A stretch of DNA of 63,798 nt, filler included. It is 5 parts of 5 records of this genome, joined end to end, with 100 filler letters (N's around TTAATTAATTAA, not from the genome) between each part and the next. Parts side by side here need not be neighbours in the genome. Positions count along the whole stretch, not along the records: positions 57,692 to 63,798 come from SRR20825019_587; 4 more parts are not named here. One strand, written 5' to 3'. Each line of letters opens with the position of its first letter. Within the stretch, counting starts at the first letter, position 1. A model generated the notes under the pieces. The model did no database searches, was not told the DNA's origin, and was given only the letters and a program-made list of their open reading frames with translations. This document shows positions 63,202 to 63,798 of the stretch, in pieces. The position numbers and the translations under genes were made by a program.

Positions 63202-63492
63202 ATGCAATCGCTGTTCCAAATCCTGATGCTGCTGCTGAATATCGTGTGGTTCTTCATCATTGCCCACGTCGTGATGAGCTGGCTGATCAACTTCCAGGTG
63301 CTGAACCTGCGCCAGCCGATCGTGGCGCAAATCTGGTATGGGCTGAACCGCCTGCTTGAGCCGGTCTATAGCCGCATCCGGCAGATTCTGCCGCCCATGG
63401 GTGGTCTGGATCTGGCGCCGCTGGTGTTGCTGGTGGGCGTGGCCGTGTTGCGGATCGTGCTGATGAACAATGCGGCTGCGTTCTATTACTAG
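63202..63492 (+). CDS. yggT: YggT family membrane protein
   Basis: MSWLINF, LEPVYSRIRQILPPMGGLDLAPLV. Confidence 0.9.
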   Translation: MQSLFQILMLLLNIVWFFIIAHVVMSWLINFQVLNLRQPIVAQIWYGLNRLLEPVYSRIRQILPPMGGLDLAPLVLLVGVAVLRIVLMNNAAAFYY

Positions 63493-63500
63493 GCGGATCA

Positions 63501-63557
63501 GGGGGCACCGCCCCCGGCGCTGCGCGCGTATCCTGGGATTTTTTTGAGCCAGACAAG
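63501..63557 (+). repeat. Putative REP-like intergenic palindromic element
   Basis: GGGGGC-ACC-GCCCCC hairpin followed by GGGATTTTTTTGAGCCAGACAAG; single copy in this window. Confidence 0.4.
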
Positions 63558-63633
63558 CGGCAGACCTTGTTCACGGAATCTTAGTGTGTGATTCTGCATC
63601 AAAAGAGCAGATAAATCACATCAAGGTTTCCCT

Positions 63634-63798
63634 ATGACAGGCGTTGCCACGCTTTTGTCCGACGTTTTCGGCTTTGACGCCTTCCGCCCCGGGCAGGAAG
63701 AGATCGTGCACGCCGTGGCGAACGGTGAAAACGTGTTGGCCATCATGCCAACGGGTGGCGGTAAATCCCTGTGTTTCCAACTGCCTGCGCTGATGCGC
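63634..63798 (+). CDS. recQ: DNA helicase RecQ (5' part)
   Basis: LSDVFGFDAFRPGQEEIV...MPTGGGKSLCFQLPAL. Confidence 0.95.
   Translation, partial: MTGVATLLSDVFGFDAFRPGQEEIVHAVANGENVLAIMPTGGGKSLCFQLPALMR

Noticed and set aside
1-63798. CRISPR arrays, tRNA/rRNA genes, transposases, integrases, prophage or defence systems
   Set aside because: None recognised by eye; a dedicated tRNAscan/Infernal/DefenseFinder run would be needed to exclude divergent cases.

Overview
The window is not one genome. It is five unrelated contigs joined by 100-nt artificial linkers (N44-TTAATTAATTAA-N44). (1) 1-12176: GC-rich alphaproteobacterium (Rhodospirillales-like) with gap(3' end)-fbaB-thiE, an inserted minus-strand block (GNAT, REC-GGDEF-EAL, sensor kinase), then efp, suhB, a chemoreceptor, an OmpA-like gene and a MotA/TolQ-like gene. 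(2) 12277-21016: intron-containing protist DNA encoding a C2-domain protein, an ankyrin-RING protein, an ICMT/PEMT-family methyltransferase and a large secreted Cys-rich protein. (3) 21117-32620: intronless, unidirectional eukaryotic gene array of kinetoplastid type (LRR, glutaredoxin, F-box, PPR, eIF3a). (4) 32721-57591: Verrucomicrobia/Opitutae-like signalling block (HDOD, hybrid kinases, pseudokinase, CheD, degenerate HD-GYP) next to a sigma54-driven flgB-fliO flagellar operon. (5) 57692-63798: Rhodobacteraceae (arfB, SpoIIAA-like, yhhQ, phytase-like, mepA, MFS, thioesterase, yggT, recQ). Best leads: an unannotated ~200-nt transcription unit with an 18-codon ORF behind a perfect anti-SD-complementary RBS; a preQ1-I-like riboswitch upstream of yhhQ; a pseudoenzyme-rich CheD/HDOD module beside a flagellum whose FliM has a degenerate CheY-binding peptide; and an internal sigma54 promoter inside fliK. 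Taxonomic calls come from gene content and style only.
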